Shown piece by piece: positions 36,801 through 50,200 of a stretch of 64,000 bases of DNA. The DNA is from Haliotis cracherodii (lineage: Eukaryota): contig NW_027266264.1 in NCBI RefSeq assembly GCF_022045235.1, positions 16,244,001-16,308,000 of the forward strand, given 5' to 3'. The notes under the pieces are model-generated. The model had not been told where the DNA came from, searched no databases, and saw only the letters and a list, made by a program, of their open reading frames with translations. Position numbers and translations under genes: made by a program. The first letter of the stretch is position 1; every line of letters begins with the position of its first letter.

Positions 36801-39800
36801 GAATTATTTCAATTATTTTAATTATTTATTCTAATGTCTTCCTATATATTCAAGTTTGTTCGTTTCTCATTCCATAAATATCTTAAGAAATATTGAGGAT
36901 TGTCTATAAATTCGTCGGGGGAGTGGGAAGTGATGTGTTAATATGTGCAGGTTGAGTCGAAGTGGCTGGGATGTTACCGGTAAGGTTCAACGTTCTTTTT
37001 ATCCAATTTGCTGTAAGTCTGACATTATAGTATACTTTAATGAAAATTATTATTCTAGGTAATGTTATTATCACACCAAGCCCTATACATCTCACCATGT
37101 GAGTCTGTAAGGGTTAATTGTAAAACCGTGGCAACTATCTTGAGAATACAAATAATATGATAAAAAAATACGCAATGCACATATTTAAAAAAATATATAG
37201 TATTCTTTAGTCTTTTTTGTGTGTTTACCACCCACGGTTCCTTTAGCTGTGTATTAAGGTTTATTCCAATTAATTACTAACCACACTATTGACAGCTGAG
37301 ATCCTGACAGTTTGTACTGAACTACTGAGTCCATCCCAATTGCTTTTATTTTATCCAAATGAATTTGGAGGCCTGAATATTGCAGAAGTGGATTGATAGA
37401 CTTACTTCAGATCCGTACAAATATTACTGCTTGTCATCAGCATAGTATACTACTTTCTTATCGCCTAGTTTCATTTCGGATATATTTGCTTTTATTTTGA
37501 AATATGGATAATTCCTCAATATGTATCTACTCAAATAAACACAGCTACTGAGCAAGTGGGTTGCGTTGTCCACAACCTCTGGCGGGGTATATCAACAATA
37601 TCCTAGAACATTAATATGTGTCCACTTTGGATCATACAAGATATGTCATTTTTAGCAACTGTTTGTGGTATCTTTGTTAACATCTTGTCATGGGACAGGA
37701 TCAAATTTTTAAAGATCTTTAACAGTATCAAAACCTTAAGTGTGTCCAATGTTCTTTTGATAAATGGATTGGTATTTTTGTTTCTTGCAAATAGTATATC
37801 ATGTAGTACTATCAATACAATAAAGTATACAGTATCAAAACTTACATGTAAGTGTGTCAAGTGCTTTGTGAAAAATGAAATCATTGTATTTTTGTTTTGT
37901 TGCAAATATTATATGATGTAGTAATATCATTGAATACACTCGAATACATTCTGTATACATTTGCAAACCTGTCATGTATGACAATTATGTAATCTATTCT
38001 GTAAACAACATTTAATTAGGATGAGATGTAACGATATATCTTAACAGTGGATTATTGCCATTTAATTAATTATATTTTCGTAAACACCTCCCGCACAGAC
38101 CATGTTTAACAAATTACATGTTCGAGGGCGTAACTAACATTAAGCGACCCATTGTCAATGATGTCCATCGCCTTTACAACTGCCACCGCGTTATGCCCCC
38201 GGTGGCAGGTAGCAGGAAGTGTTGGGACTACATGACACAAAAATTTAGGTTTTATTTCGATTTTTTCCATAGAATTGATAGGTACGCGTGTAAGACAAGC
38301 ATAGTCGCCTTTAACGGCAAGCATGGGTTGCTGAAGACCTATTCTACCCCGGATCTTCACGGGTCTACACCGCAAGGATTCGTTCGCTTTTCATAATGGA
38401 GTACATGTATTTGTTAATTTATATATCTGCTCAACTTAAGAACTATTGTGAAGAGTATGTATAAAATAAATATGGGGCTCAACAACCAAACAGGTTTCTC
38501 GTCTCGTCCAATTGGGCCACTAGAATCGAAACAGACATGACACAGAAAGTATGAAATTAACATACGAAACACAAACTCTATCATGTATACATCCTTCTAA
38601 AAGGAATAAATGACTCTAATATGTTGATATATTAACAATGTCAGGAGAAAATATTTCCACTGTATGATGGACAGAAAACAGATCATGGACATATGTATGA
38701 ATAAGAGCATATGTAAATGAACCTCAAATATTCATGTGCTGCTCGTTCATTGTGTCCTTGTGGGTTCATGTTGTTTTGCGCGGCAGTCATATATTATAGC
38801 CCAGTTATGTTATGGCGACGTTTAAATAACCCTGGGCCAGGAAACCTAGTAGTTGATATTTTGAGGGAAGGTGGCACTAGGTTATACACATGTCAAAACT
38901 GTTTTTAGAATTAACACACAAACCTAAACACGTTTTTCGTCACATTATCTTACAGCGTTTAGAGGTCTAAACATGCATATAATTGTATTCGGTGGCTAAA
39001 CATGTTTAGACTGTACACCCGTATTGAACATTTTAAGTTTGTGATGGATTACGAAACAATATGTCTACATGCGTAGACTTTGGGTATTTTGTGTGGTATT
39101 TTAAGGGTTTCATCAGGATTACATCATTTAAGGCTTTAGGAAAGCATTCAATAAGTTTTATGGCAGACGTGTGGGGACACATTCCCAAACTTGACGCATC
39201 AGCGACCAAAATCATGTCCAACACCATTCTATATTTTGACTTATACCACATCTTTCTGCGCTTGTGAAAACCGGAGACGTAACACACACGTGATTTGGAC
39301 TTAATATGAGACTTAATATTTTTTAACTTCAGTCTATTTCAGCAATCTATCGTAAATAATACGAGTGTGAGGTAATATTTGGAATCCAAATTTATGAATC
39401 GTTCCTGCGTTCAACCGACGGTATAATTATTGTATTAATCAGAAACGTGTAAGATTACTTTTCTTCAATATTTCCAGGGCCAGTGACTATCATCGGTTGT
39501 GATCAGCACTCGCCTGACTGACATTTCATGTGAAAGGCGTCTAGCTAAATTGCTACCTTTGAACTCATCCATGAACTAAAATGTTCATCGTTAGCAGGTG
39601 AAGGCCGAATTGCAATAGCATCAAACGCCTGTGTATCACAATACGTACCTACTCTCGGCAACACACTTTAGCGAATCGACAAATGTAAGTCAGCTGATAT
39701 ACTTGATCACAAATCAAGTCGTGTATATCAAAATAGGGTACAGTGTGTAGAATCGTTCCCATATTAAACATAAGTTAATGTAATTTGACACCTTTAAGGA

Positions 39801-42698
39801 CCATTGAAATATTGAAAAAATGTCACTGTGACATGGAATGGGTGTGATCAGCAGATATGATATAGTCCTTCATTCCTAGATCCATGGGGGCATTTCTTTC
39901 AAAACGTGGTGACCATAGATATATCAATTCAGATCAATTTGTCAAAAATGAAGGCAAATGTCATCTGAAATTTACAGAGAAAACGGGTGCCAAGGGAGAA
40001 CACGCTCACATTTTCGCGAACACCTGGTATAAAAACGATGTGATAATGGCTCAAGATAAGTCAGAATCGTTCAATCAAACCTGCTTTTGGCAGGTATTTC
40101 TTATGAATACTGAAGGAGTTTTGTCGCTTGTATTTGACCCATCACACTCACACACAAACGCGCACGCACGCACGCACGCACGCACGCACACACGCTTACA
40201 CACACCTCTACAATAAATAATACCAGTCCCTTAGGAAGGGAAAATGTGGGCTGTTTTGTGATTCGACCTTGCATTGGTCTGTGTTTACATTCAGGTCAGG
40301 TATATCGGGTAAGTAAACACAGAGGGACAGTGTTCAACAGCTTCTGTCCGTCACAAGCATCCCATTGTGGAGGGACATAGCGTTAACGCGACGTTCTATT
40401 GAAAGCCATGTCACTTTGTCTATAGTAGAGGTATCATGACGTTTCATAGCCGTATATGCAATATTGAGAGTTTGTGTCGACGAGGTGTCACTGTACCTAG
40501 CACATTTAAGTTAATGCAGGTCCCTTTTCGGCAATTATAGAATAAATGACTCTAATTTTTGCATTAAATATGTAAAATGTTTGTATTTTCATACACTGAA
40601 CCGATGATAAGCATCCCGACAGATGCAAACATATAAATGATTATTTAAGGCGACGATTTTATTGCTGTTGGCAAAATTAAACATAAAAGTTATCACAATA
40701 CATATAGGCAAAAAAATATTATCCATAATCACATTTTGGCAGGACTTCCAACATTTAAAAAAAATACATTGCTATTTACAGGTATTACCTTATCAGTCAG
40801 ATCTGACATGTGACGTGTGGCGAAATCATTGATTTCACATCACTCATATAACATACAATTTAAAATACACACTTGTCAATATATTTAGCAGTGTTAAGTC
40901 GTATTGTTGAGGAAAACAAGGTTCATATTTTACTATTTCGTAGCTTAAATCAATGGATGAACCAAATGATTCCCGTAATGCCTGTTGAGCTTATAACGAG
41001 TTGTTTGTGATAAGAACCCAATTTGCACATCAGATCATTCTAATATGGTTGCCTATGATTATGATGAATATTTGCACATACAACTTAATTGAAATAATAC
41101 TTTTTTGGCGAATGGAACGGTGGTAATTTAAGAAATTTTATCTTAAAGATGCATTCTTAAATACTGCTTTTGAGCATCTATTAACATACAGTGCATGAAT
41201 TATTTCAATTATTTTAATTATTTATTCTAATGTCTTCCTGTATATTCAAGTTGGTTCGTTTCTCATTCCATAAATATCTTAAGAAATATTGAGGATTGTC
41301 TATAAATTCGTCGGGGGAGTGGGAAGTGATGTGTTAATATGTGCAGGTTGAGTCGAAGTGGCTGGGATGTTACCGGTAGGTTCAACGTTCCTTTTATCCA
41401 ATTTGCTGTAAGTCTGACATTATAGTATACTTTAATGAAAATTATTACTCTAGGTAATGTTATTATCACACCAAGCGCTATACATCTCACCATGTGAGTC
41501 TGTAAGGGTTAATTGTAAAACCGTGGCAACTATCTTGAGAATACAAATAAAATGATAAAAAAAAATACGCAATGCACAAACGTGGACCTGGAATATTAAA
41601 AAAAAAATATAGTATTCTTTAGTCTTTTTTGTGCGTTAACCACCCACGGTTCCTTTAGCTGTGTATTAAGGTTTATTCCAATTAATTACTTACCACACTA
41701 TTGACAGCTGAGATCCTGACAGTTTGTACTGAACTACTGAGTCCATCCCAATTGCTTTTATTTTATCCAAATGAATTTGGAGGCCTGAATATTGCAGAAG
41801 TGGATTGATAGACTTACTTCAGATCCGTACAAATATTACTGCTTGTCATCAGCATAGTATACTACTTTCTTATCGCCTAGTTGCATTTCGGATATATTTG
41901 CTTTTATTTTGAAATATGGATAATTCCTCAATATGTATCTACTCAAATAAACACAGCTACTGAGGAAGTGGGTTGCGTTGTCCACAACCTCTGGCGGGGT
42001 ATATCAGCAATATCTTAGAACATTAATATGTGTCCACTTTGGATCATACAAGATATGTCATTTTTAGCAACTGTTTGTGGTATCTTTGTTAACATCATGG
42101 GACAGGATCAAATGTTTAAAGATCTTTAACAGTATCCAAACCTTAAGTGTGTCCAATGTTCTTTTGATAAATGAATTGGTATTTTTGTTTTCTTGCAAAT
42201 AGTATATCATGTTGTACTATGAGTACAATAAAGTATACAGTATCAAAACTTACATGTAAGTGTGTCAAGTGCTTTGTGAAAAATGAAATCATTGTATTTT
42301 TTTGTTGTTGCAAATATTATATGATGTAGTAATATCATTGAATACACTCGAATACATTCTGTATACACTTGCAAACCTGTCATGTATGACAATTATGTAA
42401 TCTATTCTGTAAACAACCTTTAATTAGGATGAGATGTAACGATATAACTTAACAGTACATTATTGCCATTTAATTAATTATATTTTCGTAAACACCTCCC
42501 GCACAGACCATGTTTAACAAAATACATGTTCGAGGGCGTAACTAACATTAAGCGACCCATTGTCAATGATGTCCATCGCCTTTACAACTGCCACCGCGTT
42601 ATGCCCCCGGTGGCAGGTAGCAGGAAGTGTTGGGACTACATGACACAAAAATTTAGGTTTTATTTCGATTTTTTCCATAGAATTGATAGGTACGCGTG
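33877..42698. repeat. 4.4-kb direct tandem duplication (33877-38290 and 38291-42698)
   Basis: The two copies are collinear and near-identical. The ORF track shows paired ORFs at 34613/39033, 35478/39884 and 38118/42526. Confidence 0.95.
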
Positions 42699-42836
42699 CA
42701 TGACAAAGAGTCTTTTCATCTTCAAGAGAAACACGCCTGAAGCACAATTACAAATTCAACATAAACTCGGGTAAAAATCATTGCTCTCTTAAAAACATGC
42801 ATTCGCGACTTGATATATATTATAACATAACGTGTA

Positions 42837-43012
42837 CAGTAAACTACGGTTATAACAAACACGCTTATAACGAACTTACGGATATAACGAACTTACTTTT
42901 TTGGTCCCGACTATTTGCTGTAGTTATGCTGTATTTATGCTTATAACGAAATACGGTTATAACGAACTAAAATTAGTAGTCCCTTTGAATTCGTCATAAT
43001 CGTACTTTACTG
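42837..43012. mobile_element. Tc1/mariner-pogo (Tigger-like) MITE
   Basis: TA-flanked CAGTAAACTACGGTTATAAC...GTCATAATCGTACTTTACTG. A related left end (CAGTAGAACACGGATATAACGAA) lies at 26547. Confidence 0.75.
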
Positions 43013-45072
43013 TATATTCATTCACACATATGACATATTGAAACGACTGTTCATTACCAAATTTATATATATATATATATATATATAATACGATTACCTT
43101 GATGATACGCTGTCGCACGACTGTTCATTACCAAATTTATATATATATATATAATACAATTACCTTGATGATACGCTGTCGCAGGTGTGGTGAAATGGAA
43201 TTTAACGTCTCAATCAAGATGTTTTCAGTTATACAGCGAAGTGCACGCATGTGTCTGCTTGTGCTAGACTGGTTATATAGTGCTAGCCCACTGAGCTACC
43301 ATGCCGCAGTTTAACAAGGATACCCCACAGAGACACATAACACTGACTCCGAGCCGACCAGGCCTTGTGTTATCACCTTAATGCCGAGCATCAGGCAGGA
43401 GAGCAACAAGTACCATCTTTAAATGTCATTGATATGACGCGGACAGGGGATCGAACCACCGACCTTCCCTCGTGGGTTTAGACGTTCTATCCACTAGGCC
43501 ATAGACACAGTCCTCGTATATGAACATGACATTCTCAATACAACACATGGGTCACGTGAACGACACGCGTACATGGTTCCCTGTGTGCACAAAAGCTCAC
43601 ACAGAACGGAACGCTGACACAATTTCAACACTTGCCAACAAGACACAATGTCAACACAACATCCGAGTCTAATCCGATTAAAGTTCACCTCTACCTCTCT
43701 CAAGTGGTTAAATCCATAGTCATTCAATTTCAGTTATCACGAAGAGTAACGGCCAAGTCAAATCAGTCAGAGCGATGGTAATTGGATATATGTCAGTTGG
43801 TACATATGATATATGATGGTGGGACAATTACACAATAAGGCATTATAGCTTACCTGTCCGTGAGTGTCGTTTATGTATCCATTACAGCGGCGTATATAAT
43901 TTAAATTGAAAGAGAGACTGCACAGTACAGGTAAGCTTCCTGGTTGTCTTGTTAACTGGATCAAATGTGACCTGACCTTGACATCAAACGTGAGGTAATC
44001 CCGGGTGAGTGAGTGCTTGCTTACATTGACATCGTGATATTTAAGCGCGGCTGTATCAGGGAAATTGACGCTGGTTCGAATCCACATAATAACTTTTTGC
44101 ATAAGTCTCCATTTTCATTATTTTTTTGTATGATTCATTGAACGTTTACTCAGTCGGTTGGGTAAAATACGTGGGTTTTACAGAACAGCATCGAATTCAC
44201 AGCAGTTTAGGAAGGGCTCTACCGGGACGATATTAACATTTGTTGAATAACATGAGTGGTAGTGATCTGACACGAAATATATTTATCGTGAACATTATTT
44301 ATCCGGGATCATATTTGTTATTAAATGTGTATGGGTATTGTCACCGTTGATCAAACTTTGCTCATGTAACGGTCTCGTGATCGATCTGCCCTCGGCAAAG
44401 TCCGGCGGTCGTCATTGTACAGCGTGAGAACATGCTGTATCAGAGAATTAGTTGCCCGACTGTTTCATTCTCTTGTTATCTTATGGCACTCTCAAACCAT
44501 GTATTGACTTGATGTATGCTATCTCTTATATGTTCGCTATCTCATTCGTGTATTGAAAATGTTTTTGTAACTTTTATTTAAAACATTAGGGGAATGTCGA
44601 CTCAGATATTTCTCATGTATTTATGATCATTTTTACCTCCTCAATAATTGTACATAGCTTGTTGTAAATCTTTAATGATACCGTTGGATAGCTTATATTC
44701 AGCGCTTCATTTGGATACTTCAGTATGGATATAGTTGTTATCTTGCTATGCGTGTTTTCCCCATGTTGAGAAGCACACGTTCAATTGGCTGTCTACACAT
44801 CTGGTCGGTATCGTGTCAAAGTGTTGCTTTAGCTACTCTCATGTTTATTACCGTAATACAGTTGCTTAGCTGAGCCGCTTGTGTTTTTGCTCTGATGTAA
44901 CTGTTCAGTGATCTTTGTCAGCGCAGATTGGGTTAATCTGATCTTTTATTGTCATCTATTAGTACAATTAGCAGCTTCTGATAAACCTGTGAATCTAGTA
45001 CCACGTTTTGTCTATTGCTTGCTCTATTCTTGTTTAATGACACACCTGATCACTGGAGCACAGCTCCGTGTC

Positions 45073-45346
45073 GGGGGCATGGGTGGCCCAGTCGTCTAAG
45101 GCGCCGCGATTCGCTGTGCAGAGTTGCGTCCCTTGGGCACACAAGACACCTATGATTGTGTGTTCGAATCCCGGTTCGCCCCGATTATGTTTCTAGGTTT
45201 GTCACCATACCCGTGCTCTTGGGTTTCACCGAAGTGGTAAACGTCTAAGACCTGCATCACTTCGGGCTTTCCTCTCACATTAAGCTGACACGCCGCGATA
45301 TAACTGGAATACTGTTAAAAGCGGCGTTAAACCCAACTCACTCACA
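45073..45346 (+). mobile_element. tRNA-derived SINE family C (tRNA-Leu-like head)
   Basis: Head GGTGGCCCAGTCGTCTAAGGCGCC...TTCGAATCC and tail GCGGCGTTAAACCCAACTCACTCAC. Other copies at 16939-17211(-), 51692-51945(-), 53017-53289(-) and 57137-57421(-), with degenerate ones near 14320-14480, 30163-30410 and 56120-56275. Confidence 0.8.
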
Positions 45347-45873
45347 GCTTCGTGTCGGGTACGTTGTAATATATTTGGGTAAAAACACAAAATAGAACCT
45401 GAATATGCCATCAGGGGGGAAGACCATGCAAATCGAGACTCTGGAACGTCAACGTCAACGTCAGATAGCACGTGAAACGTTTCACAACGTTGACGCTGAG
45501 TAAACATTTCTACCGCAAGGCAGTGTGCATTTTCTTAGTATATTGTACAACATACAGTTTAACGGGTCATGGTTCAGTTGTCAAACACGTCTTGGTACTG
45601 TTGTCAACAAGTTTTGGTTGTTGTTGTGTCAACAAATCTGGTACAGTTTCAACGGGTATTGACAGTTGTCAACAAGTTATGGTACGGTTTTCAAGGGGTC
45701 TTGGAACAATGGGTTAGGGGTGCTAGTATGGCTAGTTTGTCTATATTGCAGTGACATATATAAGGCACAATGCACGAAAACACGTGACAGCAAATCCTTC
45801 GCAACAATCAGAAATCTACAACTAAGCACACAATGGCGACAGATGGTTAACAGCACATCGTCCACACGACGAT

Positions 45874-47231
45874 TCAGTACACAGTTATATAGTAACCGTC
45901 CCGGTGACCATCTTCTTCTTTCTTGTGGAGGTGAGAAATGCGTTGTTCTATGAGCTGATGGGCCTCGAGGTAAAGGTTGGGCGTGATTGGAAGATCAGTT
46001 TCAACAGTAGGGAGGCCTCTCGTTCGGCGTCTGAAAATTAGCAGATAAACATTCGCAAAACTGAAAACACATGTTTTTGCGACATTTTCCGTTGCTATGA
46101 GATAGGCATGATGTCATTCTGGAAGGATAATTATGATGTCAGGTTGGGATGAATGACGTCATATTCCTTCGTGATGACTAAACCCACCTAATCTGCGGAA
46201 TGTAGAAAATTAGTAAATCGAAGTTGTTCGAATACATATTGATCAATGTTAGATAGAATGGATCGGCTGGTGAGGGTCGGTGACTTTGGTGAAAAGCGTG
46301 TCAACGTACCCCGACAGCGCGGATCATATTCCTCATATTATCATTCATAGTCTCGTGGCGAAATCTGACAAATATGCTAGAAATTATTCCCGATGGCATT
46401 TTTAGTACATGTACAATATGGCATCCATGCTGGAAATGTTGCTGGTGGATGCCACTCGTGAATTTGCTTTGTTCGTTTTGAAGGGGCCGTATGAAAAGGA
46501 ATAGTCAATTTTTCAAAAATGTTCAAATTAAACAAGACATATTTAAAGTATCAATCACTGGCTTGTCTGATATATACTCGATTGTTTACAACCCGCCGTC
46601 ATATGGCTGGGACATTGCTGATTGCGGCGGCAGTAAACAACAAACAAACAAACAAATAAATTGCATTTCCTTCATTAAAATGACAATGCGTGTAGTTACT
46701 CTCGGCATGTTGGTTATTCTTTTCCAATTTATGAAACTTTGTTGTTTACTTAATGTTTGTTGTTTGAGCACTGTTGTTTGAGTGTTACTGCACTGACATT
46801 TTTCAAATGTCTCTCTACATTTTTTTAGTTTTCTGTGTTGTTTAACGCCGCACTCAGCAATATCCCAGCTATATGACGGCGGTCTGTAAAAAATAAGACA
46901 TCAGTTTGGACAGACAATCCGGTGACTGACATCATGAGCATCGATCTACGCAATTTGGATACGATGACAGGCATCAACTGAATCAGCGAGCCTGACCACC
47001 CGATCCCATAAGTCGTCTCTTACGACCAGCATGGGATTTTACATAATGCAGTTTGAAGCTTGGACAACTAAAGACATTCTGGATAATCATGAGACTTTGA
47101 TGACTCACGCGTGACTACATCTGAGAAAAAGGATTGTTTGCCCCAATATGATGGGTGGAAAACTTGAATTATAATGTTTTCATTGCTTGTGAGTATTGCG
47201 TGTTACCTTCAAGTAACTTTTGTCACAATCA

Positions 47232-47282
<51 letters not shown>

Positions 47283-50200
47283 ATATATATAATATATTAT
47301 TATTATCATTATTATTACCTCACACCGATGTGGCTGATGATGATGATACCGGCAATGATGACAAGTACGACTGGAACAAGCACTATCCATAGCTTGACTT
47401 TCCACAGCATAGAAAACAAATAATCAGATTGTTGTATTTGATGACTTTCCCACATTGAAGCAGATGCACAGACAATTTGGATTTGAGCAAACCATCAGTA
47501 CATACATTTACGTGATTGTAAGCATGAATGAACTTCTGTTTAGTAACCGGATACACGTAGATGAGATTGTTAGTTAGGGAGTTTGGTTTATGTCCGCTTT
47601 GATTTCCTATATATCACGGAATTCCAGCCCGAAGTGATACTGGTCTTAGATATTTACCTATATGATGTGACATACAAATACATGTAAGAGTGTTCTGCTG
47701 ACAAAGCTAGAAATATTATTATTAGTGCGAGATCTGGCTTTCGAATCCACGAACACGGGTTTCTGACTGCACGTTGACCGCCTCCGTGGTCTAGTGGTAG
47801 AGCGTCCGCCCGGAAAGCGGACGGTCCGGGGTTCGATCCCCGGCCGCGTCATACCAAAAGACTTTAAAAGATGGTACTTGTTGTTACCCTGTCTGGCGCT
47901 CGGCATAAAGGGGTTAAAACAAGGACTGGTCGGCTCGGAGTCAGTATACTGTGTCTGAGTGGGGTATTCACGTTAAACTGCGGCATGGTATCTCAGTGAG
48001 CTGGCACTATAAATCGGCATCAGTCCAGACTAGTACAAACAGGTCACAAACACACAAGTCGCTATATAAGTGCATAACCTTGGACGCGACGTTAAACTCA
48101 ATTTCACCACCTGACTGCACTTGGAATAAACGCACCTCTGCACAGTGAGTTGCTGCGCCTTACACGACTGTGTCTCATCCACACTCCAACCCATACACAC
48201 ACCACTTTCTAGATAAGATAATGTCATATGGTCGGTGTTAATATTAGCCTGTCTGTCAGATTAAATCTACGGACTATATCTATTACAATTGGTACGGACA
48301 ATCCAACTTCACTGAGTTAATGACCATTTTTTTTATATTCATGAACTGAAGGGGAGAAAGGGATGTTGGGATTGGCAAGGATGTAAGGTAGTCTTTAATT
48401 AAAACTATGAGCTTAAATATTCTATTTAAAATTAAAATATAATCTTGCAACAATGTATTTTTTATAGCAGACAATTTTGTTAAGTCTGAAGCATAACTAT
48501 TTGTTTTTCAAGCATTTTTTTCGATAAAATCCCTTTACAAAATATGTATATAATGTAAACATATAAACGACATGTTTAGGTCTAAACATGTTAGGAATGT
48601 GTTTAAATCCTAAAAGCAATACACATTTGAATGTTCTATATAAACATGTTTAGGGCAAAACACATGAAATGAGCTATCGTCTCACAACCTAAACACCATC
48701 TAAACACAACACCCTATAACGTAAACATATTTAAAATCTTAACTTATGTAGAATTTAAACATGTAAAAACTTATTTACGACAAAATGTACATCATGTATA
48801 TCATTATGTATTATCCCAATAATCTAAACGTTTTTAATATTTAAACATGATTAAATGATGGCTTATCTTTGCACATTAAGATAATATAGGTAAGATGTGT
48901 TATTGAATTAAATCTGCAAATCAGATTCACACTTGGAACAATACTAACATAAATATATAAATTGCAATTATACAGATTTCTTTCGGTTCTGGTCTTCCTT
49001 CCACAGACTTTTCGATCCTAGCAAAGAATACAAGTACGATATCATATTTTATGATTGTCTATATTTGCAAAAGGTTTTGAAAGTTTGATGTATAATTGAT
49101 GAAATGCTACATATTGTATTTTATTTGAAATGTGAATAAAGATTTAAAACAAACAAACAAAAAACCCATAAATATATACAAATAAACAAAGTTAATGGTG
49201 ACTAGGTCGGGTAGCCTAGTGGTTAAAGCGTTCGCTCGTCACGCCGAAGACCCGGGTTCGATTCCCGACGTGGGTACAATGTGTGAAGCCCATTTCTGGT
49301 GTCCCCCGTAGTGATGTTGCTGGAATATTGCTCAAAGCGGCGTAAAACCATACTCACTCACTCCTAAGCACAGGTGATAGCGTGAAGGACTATCAATCAA
49401 GACGTTGCAGGTTGGTGTCCCGCTCGTGTTATGTTCTAAATGTGTGACTGCTGTGTGACTATTAGTGTACGAAAGCTGACAATGAAAGTTCATCTGATTA
49501 CTACGACAGACCCTTATACCTTCGTTGTAAGTTTCCCCATAATTCTATACCCCTATAAAGCGCTTACAAACATGTAGAAACCAACCCCCCCCCCCCCTTA
49601 CCCCCCACCCTTTTATATTATCTACATTTAATTTTGAGTGGAACATACGGGCTTTCCCATATTTATAACCTAAACACGTTTAGCTCCTAAACACATCAAA
49701 ATGATGGGACAATGGGCGTGTTTAGGGTCGTGTACATATTTCATAGTGACTAAAGATGAAACAAACAAGAAATGGTTATTCCATGGTGATGTATTTGATA
49801 CAGGTATCACAACTGTGTTTTGACCCTTAAGTTCACGATTTTTTGGAGACTGTTTTAAATCTAGTAACGTTTAGATAACGTTTATAATGTTTTGGTCAAA
49901 TCCAATTTTTTAGGTGTATACTTTCCTTTGCCCGGTAGTGTATGTATCTGCGATGTTTGTGGTAAATAACGTGACCTACCTGCAGTCGTCACATCAGTTG
50001 TTGTGACAGGGGGGTCAGACGTGGAATCTAAATAAATAAAGTCAATTAATTATCACAAGGATAATGTACTAGTATATATATCAGATATGTAAGCAGGCAG
50101 GACAATATGACCACACGTCTTGATACAGAGACAACAGACCTTACCACTTTATGTCGACAAGACTCATTTGAAATATAATTTTCAGCGATACTACACTGAA

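Noticed and set aside
43760-43936. Possible plus-strand first exon (TCAGTC ... CAG/GTAAGC); similar isolated donors near 29167 and 29206
   Set aside because: These are isolated splice-like motifs with no partner exon or ORF.
21494-47397. Read-through splicing that fuses the Ig ectodomain to ZU5-UPA-DD to make an UNC5-like receptor
   Set aside because: An in-frame TGA lies between the 21643 acceptor and the ORF. The few AGs between that stop and the ATG are weak, and those checked are phase 0 or 2, whereas the Ig domain and stalk exons end in phase 1.
47659-48210. Exon-like segments at about 48208-48136 and 47706-47658 in the Ig gene
   Set aside because: They have plausible splice sites, but their lengths (73 and 49 nt) break the frame between the stalk and TM exons. 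They could only be minor or secreted-form exons and are unsupported without RNA data.
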